Below are positions 26,415 to 36,435 of a DNA stretch of 64,000 nucleotides, one piece after another. The position numbers and the translations under genes are program-made. The notes beneath the pieces were generated by a model, which did not search any database, was not told the origin of the DNA, and saw only the letters and a list, made by a program, of their open reading frames with translations. Positions within the stretch are counted from its first letter, which is position 1. The number at the start of each line of letters is the position of its first letter. This stretch comes from Candidatus Taylorbacteria bacterium RIFCSPHIGHO2_01_FULL_46_22b (lineage in GTDB: Bacteria; Patescibacteriota; Minisyncoccia; Phycocordibacterales; DSPV01). Location of the stretch: positions 4,910 through 68,909 of the forward strand of contig MHRF01000005.1 in NCBI GenBank assembly GCA_001820875.1, given 5' to 3'.

Positions 26415-28321
26415 GATCTCTGGTGAAAAAAGAATCGGGGTTTCGAATCGGCCAACGGGAAATAACCGACGCTGGTCCCGTGTTTGTCATTGCAGAAGTC
26501 GGCCTAAACCACAACGGTGATATGCAAGTTGCCAAAAAATTGGTGGATGTTGCCGTAGCCGCAGGTGCCGATGCGGTTAAGTTCCAAATGAGACATCTCG
26601 ACAGTCTCTATGTCGAGTCGGCGCATACCAATATTCATGGCGAAGATATCGGCACTCAATACCTCCTCTCACTTATCAAAAAATCCGAACTGACTCAAGA
26701 CCAGTTTATAGAGATCGCACAATATGCAAAACAAAAAGGGATTCTTTTCTTGTGCACTCCATGGGACAAACAGAGCGCAGACTTTCTCGAGAAACTTCAT
26801 GTTCCAGCCTTCAAAGTCGCTTCAGCAGACCTGATCAACTTTGAACTCCTAGAACACCTCGCGAAAAAACAAAAACCGCTTATCATTTCAACTGGAATGT
26901 CCACCATGGATGAAATAAAGAAAACGGTTCAATTTCTTAAGAAACACCAAGCAGAATTTGCACTGCTTCATTGCAATAGTACCTACCCCGCGCCGATTAA
27001 AAACCTTAACCTCAATATGATTCCCGAGCTTAAGAAGCTTTATGGAGGAATCGTGGGGTATTCGGGACATGAACTTGAATTGGCAACAACAGTGGCCACA
27101 GTGCCTCTCGGAGCGCGCATTATTGAACGCCATATAACGCTTGATCGATCACTTGAAGGACCTGACCATGCGGCAAGTCTTGAACCTGACGATTTTGCTA
27201 CCCTCGTTCGCGATATACGACGCACAGAAGAAGCATTGGGAACGGGGAAAAAATTTATCACGAGCGGCGAGTATATTAATCGTAAAAACCTTGGTAAATC
27301 GCTTGTGGCTGAACGGGTCATACGAAAAGGAGAAACGATTACACAAGACATGGTAACGGCTAAGAGTCCTGCCAAAGGACTTTCACCACAACTCTTTTTT
27401 GATCTGATCGGGCGCCGAACCACGCAAGACATGAAGAAAGATGACTATTTCACGGAAGAAGACTTGGGGAAAAAACCAATCAAAAGGGGTCCATTTCCCA
27501 AAGGCATCTGGGGTATCATCGTCCGGCCTCATGACCTCAGAGAACTAACTGCGGGCATCACACCGCCCATTATTGAATTCCATTTCAGTACCCGCGACCT
27601 TGGACACGAGTTTGCCATTCCTGAATTCCCAAACACAGAGTTGGTCGTCCACCTGCCGGAGATGTATGGAACCGAACTCCTTGATCTTTGTGCTCTAGAT
27701 AAAAAATCCCGCGAAGAATCTATCAGGCAAGTAGACGCAGGATTAAATCTCGTCCGTAAACTCCGAACGCATTTTGGAAAAACACCTGCACGAGTCAAAA
27801 CCGTAGTGCATGTCGGAGGAATGACATTTCGTGATTTTGCCACAATGGCAGAACGGAAAACCATGTATGAAAACCTAGCTAATTCTCTAAAAAAACTTGA
27901 TCTTACTGGGATCGACATTCTCCTTGAAAACCTCCCGCCCTATCCGTGGTACAAAGGAGGACAGTGGTTCTCCAATACCTTTATGGATGCCGACGAAATA
28001 GCGAAATTTGCAGAAAAGTACGACTACCACGTATGCTATGACTCCAGCCACGCGCAATTATATTGCAACTACACACGTAAAGACCCTGTCGAGTTTTTCA
28101 AAAAAGTAGAACCGCATGTACGACACATCCACCTTTCTGACGCAGCAGGAACGGATGGAGAAGGTCTGCAAATTGGAGACGGTAATACCCCATTTAAAGC
28201 ACTCTTACTTCTTGTAAAAAAAACGGGGGTTGGATTTACCCCCGAGATCTGGATGGGGCACCAAAACAAAGGTGAAGGATTCTGGCGAGCGCTGAAAAAA
28301 CTTATAAAATTTGGACTGTAA
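26411..28321 (+). CDS. neuB: N-acylneuraminate-9-P/sialic acid synthase (NeuB, with SAF domain) fused to a xylose-isomerase-like TIM-barrel domain
   Basis: The N-terminal half reads VFVIAEVGLNHNGDMQVAKKLVDVAVAAGADAVKFQ...YSGHE... and contains a SAF domain (ERVIRKGETITQDMVTAKSP). The C-terminal ~270 aa contain HIHLSDAAGTDGEGLQIGDGNTPFKALLLLVK, resembling sugar-phosphate isomerase/epimerase (AP_endonuc_2) barrels. Confidence 0.65.
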   Translation: MRSLVKKESGFRIGQREITDAGPVFVIAEVGLNHNGDMQVAKKLVDVAVAAGADAVKFQMRHLDSLYVESAHTNIHGEDIGTQYLLSLIKKSELTQDQFIEIAQYAKQKGILFLCTPWDKQSADFLEKLHVPAFKVASADLINFELLEHLAKKQKPLIISTGMSTMDEIKKTVQFLKKHQAEFALLHCNSTYPAPIKNLNLNMIPELKKLYGGIVGYSGHELELATTVATVPLGARIIERHITLDRSLEGPDHAASLEPDDFATLVRDIRRTEEALGTGKKFITSGEYINRKNLGKSLVAERVIRKGETITQDMVTAKSPAKGLSPQLFFDLIGRRTTQDMKKDDYFTEEDLGKKPIKRGPFPKGIWGIIVRPHDLRELTAGITPPIIEFHFSTRDLGHEFAIPEFPNTELVVHLPEMYGTELLDLCALDKKSREESIRQVDAGLNLVRKLRTHFGKTPARVKTVVHVGGMTFRDFATMAERKTMYENLANSLKKLDLTGIDILLENLPPYPWYKGGQWFSNTFMDADEIAKFAEKYDYHVCYDSSHAQLYCNYTRKDPVEFFKKVEPHVRHIHLSDAAGTDGEGLQIGDGNTPFKALLLLVKKTGVGFTPEIWMGHQNKGEGFWRALKKLIKFGL

Positions 28322-28323
28322 AC

Positions 28324-29121
28324 ATGTTAAAAAAGAACAAACAATTAGCACATTTTTATGACACGGTGTATCGCAAAGGTGAGCAGAAACATCATACAGA
28401 ATTTCTGTTTGGCAAAGGGAAATTCCCCCCCGACGAAACAGCGGCACTCTCGGCAGTATCATGGAAAGGCAAAACTGTTCTTGACGTTGGATGCGGCACA
28501 GGTCTTATGGCGTATGAAATTGCCCGACGTGGAGCAAGACGGGTTGTCGGTATAGATTATTCCAAAGACGGAATCGAATTAGCAAAAAAAATCTATCAGA
28601 GAAAAAATTTAGAATACCGCTGCGAGGATATAAAGAACCACCGAGGAACCTACGATATTATAGTCTCGCTCGGTACATTAGAACACATCGATAATCCGCT
28701 CAAAACTCTAAAAAGAATGAGGGGGATGCTCTTTCAGCGAGGAAGCCTAGTGCTTACAAGCCCTAACTGGCTCAACCCCAGAGGTTTTATTCTGCAGACC
28801 CTTTATCAACTCTTCGACGCTCCAATTACACTGGCAGATATTCATTACCTTACGCCAGTTGAGTATGGACAATTTGCAAAAAAACTTGGAATGAACCTGA
28901 ACTGGCAAACATTTGACTTTAACTGGGCTCATGGACCGAAACTCATCAAAGATTTCAAGCGGAGATTGCCTAATGTTTTTCGCGACATGAAGATCACCAA
29001 CAAAAAGAGACAGATCAAGCATTTTATCCGTTGGATCGAGACGCACATTCTCCCTTTCGACCACACCCAAAACTGGAGCGGAGCAACTGGTCTTTACCTA
29101 TTAACAAAAAAGACTTCATGA
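28324..29121 (+). CDS. class I SAM-dependent methyltransferase
   Basis: VLDVGCGTGLMAYEIARRGARRVVGIDYS is the glycine-rich motif I, followed by an acidic motif II. Confidence 0.7.
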   Translation: MLKKNKQLAHFYDTVYRKGEQKHHTEFLFGKGKFPPDETAALSAVSWKGKTVLDVGCGTGLMAYEIARRGARRVVGIDYSKDGIELAKKIYQRKNLEYRCEDIKNHRGTYDIIVSLGTLEHIDNPLKTLKRMRGMLFQRGSLVLTSPNWLNPRGFILQTLYQLFDAPITLADIHYLTPVEYGQFAKKLGMNLNWQTFDFNWAHGPKLIKDFKRRLPNVFRDMKITNKKRQIKHFIRWIETHILPFDHTQNWSGATGLYLLTKKTS

Positions 29122-29993
29122 GTAAGGATAAAATCAAGAAAATTCCTGTAATTGGCGCCATGGTCAAAATTCTCGGTGGTTTCTTAAGAACATATAGAGA
29201 GAAATGGAAAACGTACCGTCTGTATCTCACACACAAAAAATATCAGGGCAAAAATATCGCCTTGAAGGGTACACTAAAAAATACGCGATGTTTCATTGTG
29301 GCAACCGGACCTTCTATAAACACCCAAGATTTAAGTGGGTTGGAAAATGAATACTGTATCAGTTTGAGCAACTTCTTCATTCACGAAAAATTCAGTCAGA
29401 TAAAGCCCGCCTTCCACCTCTTCGTTCAATCACACAGTCCAATCACCGATGAACAATGGGCAGTGTGGTGGAAAGACGCCGAGAAACATTTCCCATCAGG
29501 CCAAAAGATTCTCGCTGCCTCTGTCGATAGATATGTTGCAGAAGATTTCACCATCTTCAAAAACCAAGACGTCTATTACTACTCAATTGGCCAGAAAAAA
29601 CTCCGACCGCGAGATACGATAGATCTCACCAAACAACTGCCCATGGCCCAAACAAGCGCTCAGATAGGCATATACCTCGCCTGTTACATGGGAATAAAAG
29701 AAATATATCTCATAGGCTGTGATCATGACTGGATCAAACACGTAGGAGAGAGCCGGCATTTTTACGATGAAAAGAAAAGCGCACTTATGCAGACAGGGTA
29801 TAACGAGTGGACAAAAGGAGGTGCGAGCAAATTCGAGTTTGCGCTCGAATCAACACTCAAACTTTGGAAGAGATACGGAGAAATAGCCGAGTATGCACAC
29901 CAACACGGAATAAAGATATACAACGCAACACCCGGAAGCCTCTTAGACGTATTCCCACGTGTACAACTTGAGGATGTGCTTAAAAATAAATAA
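29118..29993 (+). CDS. DUF115/MptE-like (Maf-family) protein, putative nonulosonic-acid transferase
   Basis: CFIVATGPSIN and LIGCDHDW resemble the PF01973 core. Genomic context is neuA/neuB. ATGA overlap. Confidence 0.4.
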   Translation: MSKDKIKKIPVIGAMVKILGGFLRTYREKWKTYRLYLTHKKYQGKNIALKGTLKNTRCFIVATGPSINTQDLSGLENEYCISLSNFFIHEKFSQIKPAFHLFVQSHSPITDEQWAVWWKDAEKHFPSGQKILAASVDRYVAEDFTIFKNQDVYYYSIGQKKLRPRDTIDLTKQLPMAQTSAQIGIYLACYMGIKEIYLIGCDHDWIKHVGESRHFYDEKKSALMQTGYNEWTKGGASKFEFALESTLKLWKRYGEIAEYAHQHGIKIYNATPGSLLDVFPRVQLEDVLKNK

Positions 29994-29998
29994 TTATT

Positions 29999-30943
29999 AT
30001 GACTATACAAGAAACTGACCACGTCAGTTACTGCATGCCGGCCTTTAACAGCGCGGGCACTATCGCCGAATCCATTGAATCAATAATGAATGGTAATTTT
30101 GAGAAAGGCGATGAGGTTATTATTGTGAATGATGGGTCAAGCGATAACACTGTCACAATAGTTGAGGAATTGAGAAAGAAATATCCGGTCATACAGCTCA
30201 TCAGCTATAGCGACAACCGAGGCTGTCCCGCCGCACGAAACATCGCGTATCGGCAGGCAAAACACCCGATCATATTCAATCTCTACTCTGATGATGTACT
30301 CGTTGCCGGAAGCATAAAAAAACTCAAAAATTACATGGCTGCCGAACATGCCGATATGGCTGGATTTGCAGCGGGACATTATTTCCAAAAAAATAAACGT
30401 AAAATCACACACAAATGGATCTTCAGATCAGGAGTGCTTTCATTTGCTGATTTTCTAGCCGGAGATATCAACCCAGGTCCTGGTGGCGATTACATGTTCA
30501 CCAAAGAAATCTGGGAGCGAGTGGGTGGCGTCTGGGAATATGGTAAAGGACTTCATGAGGCGTGGGGATTCACACTCAAGTGCCTTGCCGCGGGAGCAAA
30601 AGTAGTGGTAATGCCTAACAGTTTTTATTATCATCGGTACGGATACAATTCTCTCTTTGCCCGCGAATCACGAATCGGTAATGAAATGTCTCTAATGGCA
30701 ACGAAAATGCTGCAACCCTATTTCAATCTGCTGAACGAAGAGGATGTCGCCTATATTACAAGCGAAATGCACGGCAAAACGTGGTACAACTCCACAGCCC
30801 GCAGACCCCTCCGGCTCAAAGGTCAGCCGGCAGGGAAAACAGGAGTAATTACTGTCCCGTTCCCTGAAAAAATAAAACGCATCTTTGTTAGAAATGCGCG
30901 CAAATTCCCGTGGCTATTAAATCTTCTGGTAAAAAAATCATGA
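29999..30943 (+). CDS. glycosyltransferase family 2
   Basis: SYCMPAFNSAGTIAESIESIM...IIVNDGSSDNT...YSDD shows the GT-A DxD architecture. Confidence 0.75.
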   Translation: MTIQETDHVSYCMPAFNSAGTIAESIESIMNGNFEKGDEVIIVNDGSSDNTVTIVEELRKKYPVIQLISYSDNRGCPAARNIAYRQAKHPIIFNLYSDDVLVAGSIKKLKNYMAAEHADMAGFAAGHYFQKNKRKITHKWIFRSGVLSFADFLAGDINPGPGGDYMFTKEIWERVGGVWEYGKGLHEAWGFTLKCLAAGAKVVVMPNSFYYHRYGYNSLFARESRIGNEMSLMATKMLQPYFNLLNEEDVAYITSEMHGKTWYNSTARRPLRLKGQPAGKTGVITVPFPEKIKRIFVRNARKFPWLLNLLVKKS

Positions 30944-31650
30944 TTGGAAAATATATCAAATTTGCAGGCTTCCTGCGAGATTGGAGGAGATTTAAATCGT
31001 TCAAAAGCGATCGATTCCCGATGGATTGGAATAATAAGAAACCATGTTTGTACGACAAGACAAAAGAAACCGGTTTTGATCGTCACTATGTCTACCACCC
31101 CGCATGGGCAGCTCGAGTATTAAAAGAAACCAATCCCAAAAAGCACATCGACATCGCTTCAACACTGCATTTCAGCTCGATTATCTCCGCGTTTCTGCCC
31201 ATTGAATTTTATGATTATCGACCTGCAAATCTCGTACTCCCCAATCTCTCTTCTCGTGCTGCAGATCTCATGGCTCTTCCTTTTAAAGACAAGAGTGTTG
31301 ATTCCCTCTCATGTATGCATACCATCGAACATATCGGACTCGGACGATACGGTGATCCGATTGACCCTGACGGAGATCTGAAATCAATCAAAGAATTACA
31401 GCGCGTACTTGCGGTGAAAGGAAATTTGTTATTTGTCGTGCCCATCGGCAATACCCCGAAGATAATCTTCAACGCACATCGTATTTATTCATACAAACAA
31501 ATAATCGGATATTTCCCAGAACTGACACTCAAAGAATTCTCTCTGATACCAGAACATGCCGAACGGGGAGGACTTATACGAAATGCTGATCCGCGTATTA
31601 CAGAGAAAGAAAGATACGCCTGCGGCTGTTTCTGGTTTGAGAGAAACTAG
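30940..31650 (+). CDS. DUF268-like SAM-dependent methyltransferase
   Basis: SLSCMHTIEHIGLGRYGDPIDPDGDLKSIKELQRVLAVKGNLLFVVPIG is Methyltransf_11/DUF268-like. ATGA overlap upstream. Confidence 0.45.
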   Translation: MIGKYIKFAGFLRDWRRFKSFKSDRFPMDWNNKKPCLYDKTKETGFDRHYVYHPAWAARVLKETNPKKHIDIASTLHFSSIISAFLPIEFYDYRPANLVLPNLSSRAADLMALPFKDKSVDSLSCMHTIEHIGLGRYGDPIDPDGDLKSIKELQRVLAVKGNLLFVVPIGNTPKIIFNAHRIYSYKQIIGYFPELTLKEFSLIPEHAERGGLIRNADPRITEKERYACGCFWFERN

Positions 31651-32624
31651 CGAGGGAAGAGTTTCTGAAACGTTTTGATATTGTACTGACTCTCGTCAGT
31701 AAAATTAAAATTATCACCTAAGCGGACATCCAATTCCTGCAAAATTGACTTAATAGTACCGCGTGATTTAAATCCGAAATCGCGCTCGATCTTTTTTGTC
31801 GACATCGCATAATCGCGCAAATCCTCCGAATGATGTATACGCGCATCTATGGTTCGACGATGTGCTTTCTTGAAATGTTCTACCACCGTCTCTCCTACTT
31901 CGCCGACTGAAAAATTACCAGAACTTAAGTTGTACACTCCGCTGACTGTATATGGAAGCGCGACTGCTTTTGTATACGCAGCCACTGCGTCTGAAATCGC
32001 AAGTATGGGTCGCCAGATGCTTGGATTATTCACCGTAAGCTTTCCCTCTGTTTTTGCTTTCATGTACATCGTATTCACGATCAAATCAAAACGCATCCGT
32101 GGACTGTATCCTGAAATCGTTCCATTCCGGAAACTGATAACTGAAAAATCTTTATCCTCTAGATGTAATACGGCATACTCTCCTTGCGCTTTTGAGATTC
32201 CATACGGATTCGTGCTTGTAAGCACGGCATCTTCAGACAAAAGCTTCTTCCCCGTCATTCCATACACCGAACCGGAACAAGCATAAATAAAACGCTTCAC
32301 CCCTGACTTCTTGGCCACAAATGCAAGGTAAGCAGGGCCTGCAGCGTTTGCAACAAAATTCATTGCAGGAGAAAATTCTGCCATCGGATCGTTTGAAAGT
32401 CCTGCAAGAAAAATAACTTGATCATACTCTGCAAGCATTTTCTCATCCGCTTCAAACACATCTTTCTTAAAAACATGCACGCCTTTGGGAAGGTGATTCC
32501 CAAACCAACAAAGGTCCAGAACATCAACACGATGCCCTGCATCAATCAGCGCAGGCACAAGGCGCGATCCAAGATACCCAGCGCCGCCCGCAACAAGAAT
32601 TTTCTGTTTTTTTACCGGTGCCAC
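31647..32624 (-). CDS. NAD-dependent epimerase/dehydratase (SDR)
   Basis: ILVAGGAGYLGSRLV and the catalytic YGISK are present. Confidence 0.65.
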   Translation of the reverse strand: MAPVKKQKILVAGGAGYLGSRLVPALIDAGHRVDVLDLCWFGNHLPKGVHVFKKDVFEADEKMLAEYDQVIFLAGLSNDPMAEFSPAMNFVANAAGPAYLAFVAKKSGVKRFIYACSGSVYGMTGKKLLSEDAVLTSTNPYGISKAQGEYAVLHLEDKDFSVISFRNGTISGYSPRMRFDLIVNTMYMKAKTEGKLTVNNPSIWRPILAISDAVAAYTKAVALPYTVSGVYNLSSGNFSVGEVGETVVEHFKKAHRRTIDARIHHSEDLRDYAMSTKKIERDFGFKSRGTIKSILQELDVRLGDNFNFTDESQYNIKTFQKLFPR

Positions 32625-32628
32625 AAAG

Positions 32629-33861
32629 TTATACTGCGCGCTTCAAATAATCGGCAAATGTATCAAACAAATATTCAAGATGTATATCAGTCAGTCCATG
32701 ATGACAACCAATCAAAAATCCATTGCGCATAATGTTTTCTGCAACTGGATATCCACCAGAGAGCTTTTTTGCCGTAATGTTTGCAAACGCAGGTTGCCGT
32801 AAGATGTTGCCCGTAAAAATCGGTCTCGTCTGGATATTTTGCTCCTCAAGATGCTTGGTGAGTTCAAGCCGAGTAAATGGAGCTCCTTTCCTGATAGTCA
32901 GCGGAAACGCAAGCCAAGCAGTATCGGCATCAGGGTGCTCGACTGGCAACACAAATAAATGTTCATACTGCTTGAAAAACTTCAGCAACTTCTTGAAATT
33001 CTGCTTGCGGCGGCGAGCAAATTCTGGATAGCGCTTGAGCTGTTCTAGTCCAAACGCGCCGTTGATCTCCGTTACTTGGAAGTTATACCCAATCTCGCTG
33101 AAAATGAATTTTGCATCATAGGGGATATCGCCAAGCATTCCGGTAAAACGCTTCTGAATTTCCTCTGATTTCTCATAAAATCCAAACAGCGTGGATTCGC
33201 GTCCCCAATTCGCTTTGATCAGGGCACGCTTGGCAAGTACTGGATCGTGGTATGCAACCACTCCGCCAGCCGCAGCTGCCGTAATCACATGCGATGCGTA
33301 GAAACTGGTGGTGGAGATATCCGAATACGCACCAGTTGGCTTCTTATTAAAACGAGCTCCAAGCGTATCGCACGAATCTTCGACAAACCAAAGATCATGT
33401 TTCTTTGCAAAAGATTCGAGTGCGGAAAAATCAGGGAGATTACCGATCAGCGACGGAATCATAATCGCTTTTGTCTTCGGCGACAAAAGCTCTTCTAATT
33501 GATTCGTATTTATCTGGTACGTTCCCTCTTCAACGTCCGCAAACGCAGGCACGAGATTTTTCTGAACAATTGGCGCAACAGTAGTCGCAAACGTGAGCAC
33601 CGGCGTAATCACTTCGCTGCCGACCGGAAGCTCCATACTCTCAACCGCCAAAACATTTGCGGAAGAACCTGAATTCACCATGATGCCGAATTTCTTTCCA
33701 AACAGCGCCGCAATTTTCTGTTCGAATTCGCGGACGCGCGGACCAGTCACGAGCTTGGTCGGATCTTTAAGAACTTCATTTACCGCCCTTATTTCCTCCT
33801 TTCCATAGACCGTCAATGCATAGGGAACTCGGATATTCTTCTGCTTTTTCTTAAGAGACAT
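32629..33861 (-). CDS. DegT/DnrJ/EryC1/StrS-family PLP enzyme, long RfbH-like form (putative NDP-hexulose 3-dehydrase/aminotransferase)
   Basis: 410 aa; GIMVNSGSSANVLAV...FVEDSCDTLGA; colinear with the DegT family. Length and N-terminus resemble CDP-6-deoxy-4-hexulose-3-dehydrase. Confidence 0.55.
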   Translation of the reverse strand: MSLKKKQKNIRVPYALTVYGKEEIRAVNEVLKDPTKLVTGPRVREFEQKIAALFGKKFGIMVNSGSSANVLAVESMELPVGSEVITPVLTFATTVAPIVQKNLVPAFADVEEGTYQINTNQLEELLSPKTKAIMIPSLIGNLPDFSALESFAKKHDLWFVEDSCDTLGARFNKKPTGAYSDISTTSFYASHVITAAAAGGVVAYHDPVLAKRALIKANWGRESTLFGFYEKSEEIQKRFTGMLGDIPYDAKFIFSEIGYNFQVTEINGAFGLEQLKRYPEFARRRKQNFKKLLKFFKQYEHLFVLPVEHPDADTAWLAFPLTIRKGAPFTRLELTKHLEEQNIQTRPIFTGNILRQPAFANITAKKLSGGYPVAENIMRNGFLIGCHHGLTDIHLEYLFDTFADYLKRAV

Positions 33862-33892
33862 TGGGCTAGCGTAACAAAAATCACTTGGTATT

Positions 33893-34846
33893 TCAATGTT
33901 CCTGACGAAACCATTCTATGGTCTGCCGCAAACCACTTTGAAGAGACGTCTGCGGCCTCCACGAAAAGTTTTTGAACGTCTTGGTCATATCTGCCTGCCA
34001 AAAATCACTATCATACTTTGACGCTTTCGTTTCGTCCCACACAATCTTACTAGTTGATCCAATCTCTTTAATCACTGCAGCAACTAATTCTTTTATAGTG
34101 GTTTTTACCCCACTGCCCGCATTGAAAATTTCTCCGCGCAGATCATTCGCTTTTTCTGCCGACTCAATCAAGAGATCGACAAGATCATCGATGTATAGAA
34201 AATCTCTTGCAATAGATGGCCGTGTCAGTTGTATCGGAGTATTGTTAAGCGCATTTGAAATAATTTGATCAATCAATTTTCCTTTCTGTATTTCAGGACC
34301 GTAGGGAGTAAAAAAACGTAATGTCACAATTGGTTTCGATTCTTTGATGGCCAGTTCAGACAAGAAACGCGTTGCCGCAAGTTTGCTCACGCCATACGGT
34401 TCAACTGGCTCACAGACATCAGTTTCTTTTACGGGATGATCGGTCGGTTTGTATTCAATGAAAGAACCGCTGTAGACAAAAAAGTCGTACGCTATCGATT
34501 GCAGTGATTGTGCAAGATTAATCGTCCCCAAGAGATTGTTCTTCGTCATCTCTTCACCGATAGCGGAAATCCCTGGAGCAACTGTCTGTGCCGCAAGATG
34601 AAAAATTCCCGTTGGCTTTATTGAGACAACAATTTTTTCAAGTGATTTCTGGTCAGTGAGATCTCCCTCATGAAAAACAAGCTTGTCAGCAATATCAGCA
34701 ATTCTTTTTGTGTCTGCACCTTTTCGTACAAGCACATGTACACGATAACCGTCAGAAATCAACCGGTGCACCAGATGCGAACCAACAAAACCGGTTGCGC
34801 CGGTAACTAATACATTCTTTTCGGACTTTTGCATACTCGTTAGCAT
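33893..34846 (-). CDS. NAD-dependent epimerase/dehydratase (SDR)
   Basis: VLVTGATGFVGSHLVHRL and the catalytic YGVSK. Confidence 0.65.
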   Translation of the reverse strand: MLTSMQKSEKNVLVTGATGFVGSHLVHRLISDGYRVHVLVRKGADTKRIADIADKLVFHEGDLTDQKSLEKIVVSIKPTGIFHLAAQTVAPGISAIGEEMTKNNLLGTINLAQSLQSIAYDFFVYSGSFIEYKPTDHPVKETDVCEPVEPYGVSKLAATRFLSELAIKESKPIVTLRFFTPYGPEIQKGKLIDQIISNALNNTPIQLTRPSIARDFLYIDDLVDLLIESAEKANDLRGEIFNAGSGVKTTIKELVAAVIKEIGSTSKIVWDETKASKYDSDFWQADMTKTFKNFSWRPQTSLQSGLRQTIEWFRQEH

Positions 34847-34948
34847 GCCATTTCTATGGCGAGTTTACAAAGTATTTTAGGGATTGACCGTGGAGTGTAA
34901 AGTGTGTTATAATTAAATTAGTTCCCGAACCCTGACCTTATTTACCGA

Positions 34949-35488
34949 ATGAAAAAGCTCTCCCCAAAAGAGGTGCGTATCTGCGCCCAACTGCTCGCAA
35001 GGGCCGAATTTCCGCTCCCCCAAGCTCTTTTTGACGCTTGGGTGGAAAATCTCCCACACGTGGCTATCGAGCTCGCAGTCCTGCGTGAGTGTGAACAAGA
35101 AAAGAAAACGCCGGTAGTCGAAATCTTCCTCACACGAAGACCTTCAACGGATCCGTTCTGGCCAAACATGTGGCACATGCCCGGAACAATTCTCCGGCAA
35201 AATGAACGGGTCTCCCGAGCACTCGGAAGGCTTATTAACACCGAGCTTGGTCTCCTCTCCACTAACTTTGAGCCGGCGTGCTTCAGGAAAGTCTTTGAAT
35301 TTGTGAGGGGCCACCGATTCAATGAGAGTGCGCGCGGGCACGAGATTGGCCTGTTACACATACTCAAGATCCCCAGTAACTGTGCGTGCACCGGCGGAAA
35401 GTTTTTCTCGCTCAAACATCTCCCGCAAGACATTATTCCCTTCCATCGACTGATGACTCTTGAACTCAAGAGGGGGAAAGTTGAGTAA
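34949..35488 (+). CDS. NUDIX-fold-like hypothetical protein (degenerate Nudix box), GC-rich
   Basis: GTILRQNERVSRALGRLINTELGL approximates G-x6-E-x7-R.U..E.GU. Paralogous to the 39772 gene. It has its own terminator at 35509-35545. Confidence 0.35.
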   Translation: MKKLSPKEVRICAQLLARAEFPLPQALFDAWVENLPHVAIELAVLRECEQEKKTPVVEIFLTRRPSTDPFWPNMWHMPGTILRQNERVSRALGRLINTELGLLSTNFEPACFRKVFEFVRGHRFNESARGHEIGLLHILKIPSNCACTGGKFFSLKHLPQDIIPFHRLMTLELKRGKVE

Positions 35489-35508
35489 CCCTATCTCCAC
35501 AAAGATTC

Positions 35509-35545
35509 GAAGCCACCGACCTCCCGTTGGTGGCTTTCCTTTTTC
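35509..35545 (+). terminator. intrinsic terminator
   Basis: aagccacc-gacctcccgt-tggtggctt followed by tcctttttcc. Confidence 0.55.
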
Positions 35546-35583
35546 CTCCTTTAAAATCAGCAAGAAAATGCTAGTATGAACGC

Positions 35584-36435
35584 ATGATTATCGTGCGTCT
35601 CTGCGGCGGGCTCGGGAATCAAATGTTTCAATATGCGCTCGCGCGTACGCTTTCTCTGCGTTTGAGAATACCTTCAGCACTTGATCTCTCATGGTTTACT
35701 GGGCACCCCTACCGCCACTATGTACTCGACGTATTTAATACACAGATAAAAATTGCACAGGCAGATGATTTAAAACCATTTCAATCCCCTATTGCCCGTT
35801 TTATAGATAAATTCCTCCCGCAAACTAAAAGAAAAATCATGCACGAGCGCGGATTTTCTTTTGATTCCGGAATTCTCTCAATCCCTGACAATCGATATGT
35901 TGACGGCTACTGGCAAAGCGAAAAATATTTCACGGAAATTCGTAATACCCTGCAAAAAGAATTCACGCTCAAAACAGGTCTGGGAAGTGACGCGCAAAAG
36001 ATTGCAAGCCAAATACGCTCATCAAATGCGGTGTCCCTTCATGTCAGGCGCGGAGATTATGTATCAAATCCAAAATTCACTGCCATACACGGAGTGCTCC
36101 CGCTCTCCTATTATGCAGAAGCGATGAAACTGATCGAACAAAAAGCGCAAAGCCCGCATTACTTCCTTTTTTCCGATGATCCAACGTGGGTCACGCAAAA
36201 TATCAAATCGGCCTTTCCTATCACCGTAGTCTCGCAAAAAGGCATCGCGGAAGCCGAGGACTTAACACTCATGTCGATCTGCAAACACAACATTATCGCG
36301 AACTCTTCATTCAGCTGGTGGGGCGCATGGCTCAATAATTATGGCGGGAAAATAGTTGTCGCCCCAAAAAACTGGTTTGGCGACACAAGCAAAGATATGC
36401 GCGACCTTATTCCTTCTTCATGGATGCAGATATGA
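35584..36435 (+). CDS. GT11 alpha-1,2-fucosyltransferase
   Basis: The hallmark motifs CGGLGNQMFQYA and HVRRGDY are both present. A TAGTAT hexamer lies 6 nt upstream of the ATG. Confidence 0.85.
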   Translation: MIIVRLCGGLGNQMFQYALARTLSLRLRIPSALDLSWFTGHPYRHYVLDVFNTQIKIAQADDLKPFQSPIARFIDKFLPQTKRKIMHERGFSFDSGILSIPDNRYVDGYWQSEKYFTEIRNTLQKEFTLKTGLGSDAQKIASQIRSSNAVSLHVRRGDYVSNPKFTAIHGVLPLSYYAEAMKLIEQKAQSPHYFLFSDDPTWVTQNIKSAFPITVVSQKGIAEAEDLTLMSICKHNIIANSSFSWWGAWLNNYGGKIVVAPKNWFGDTSKDMRDLIPSSWMQI

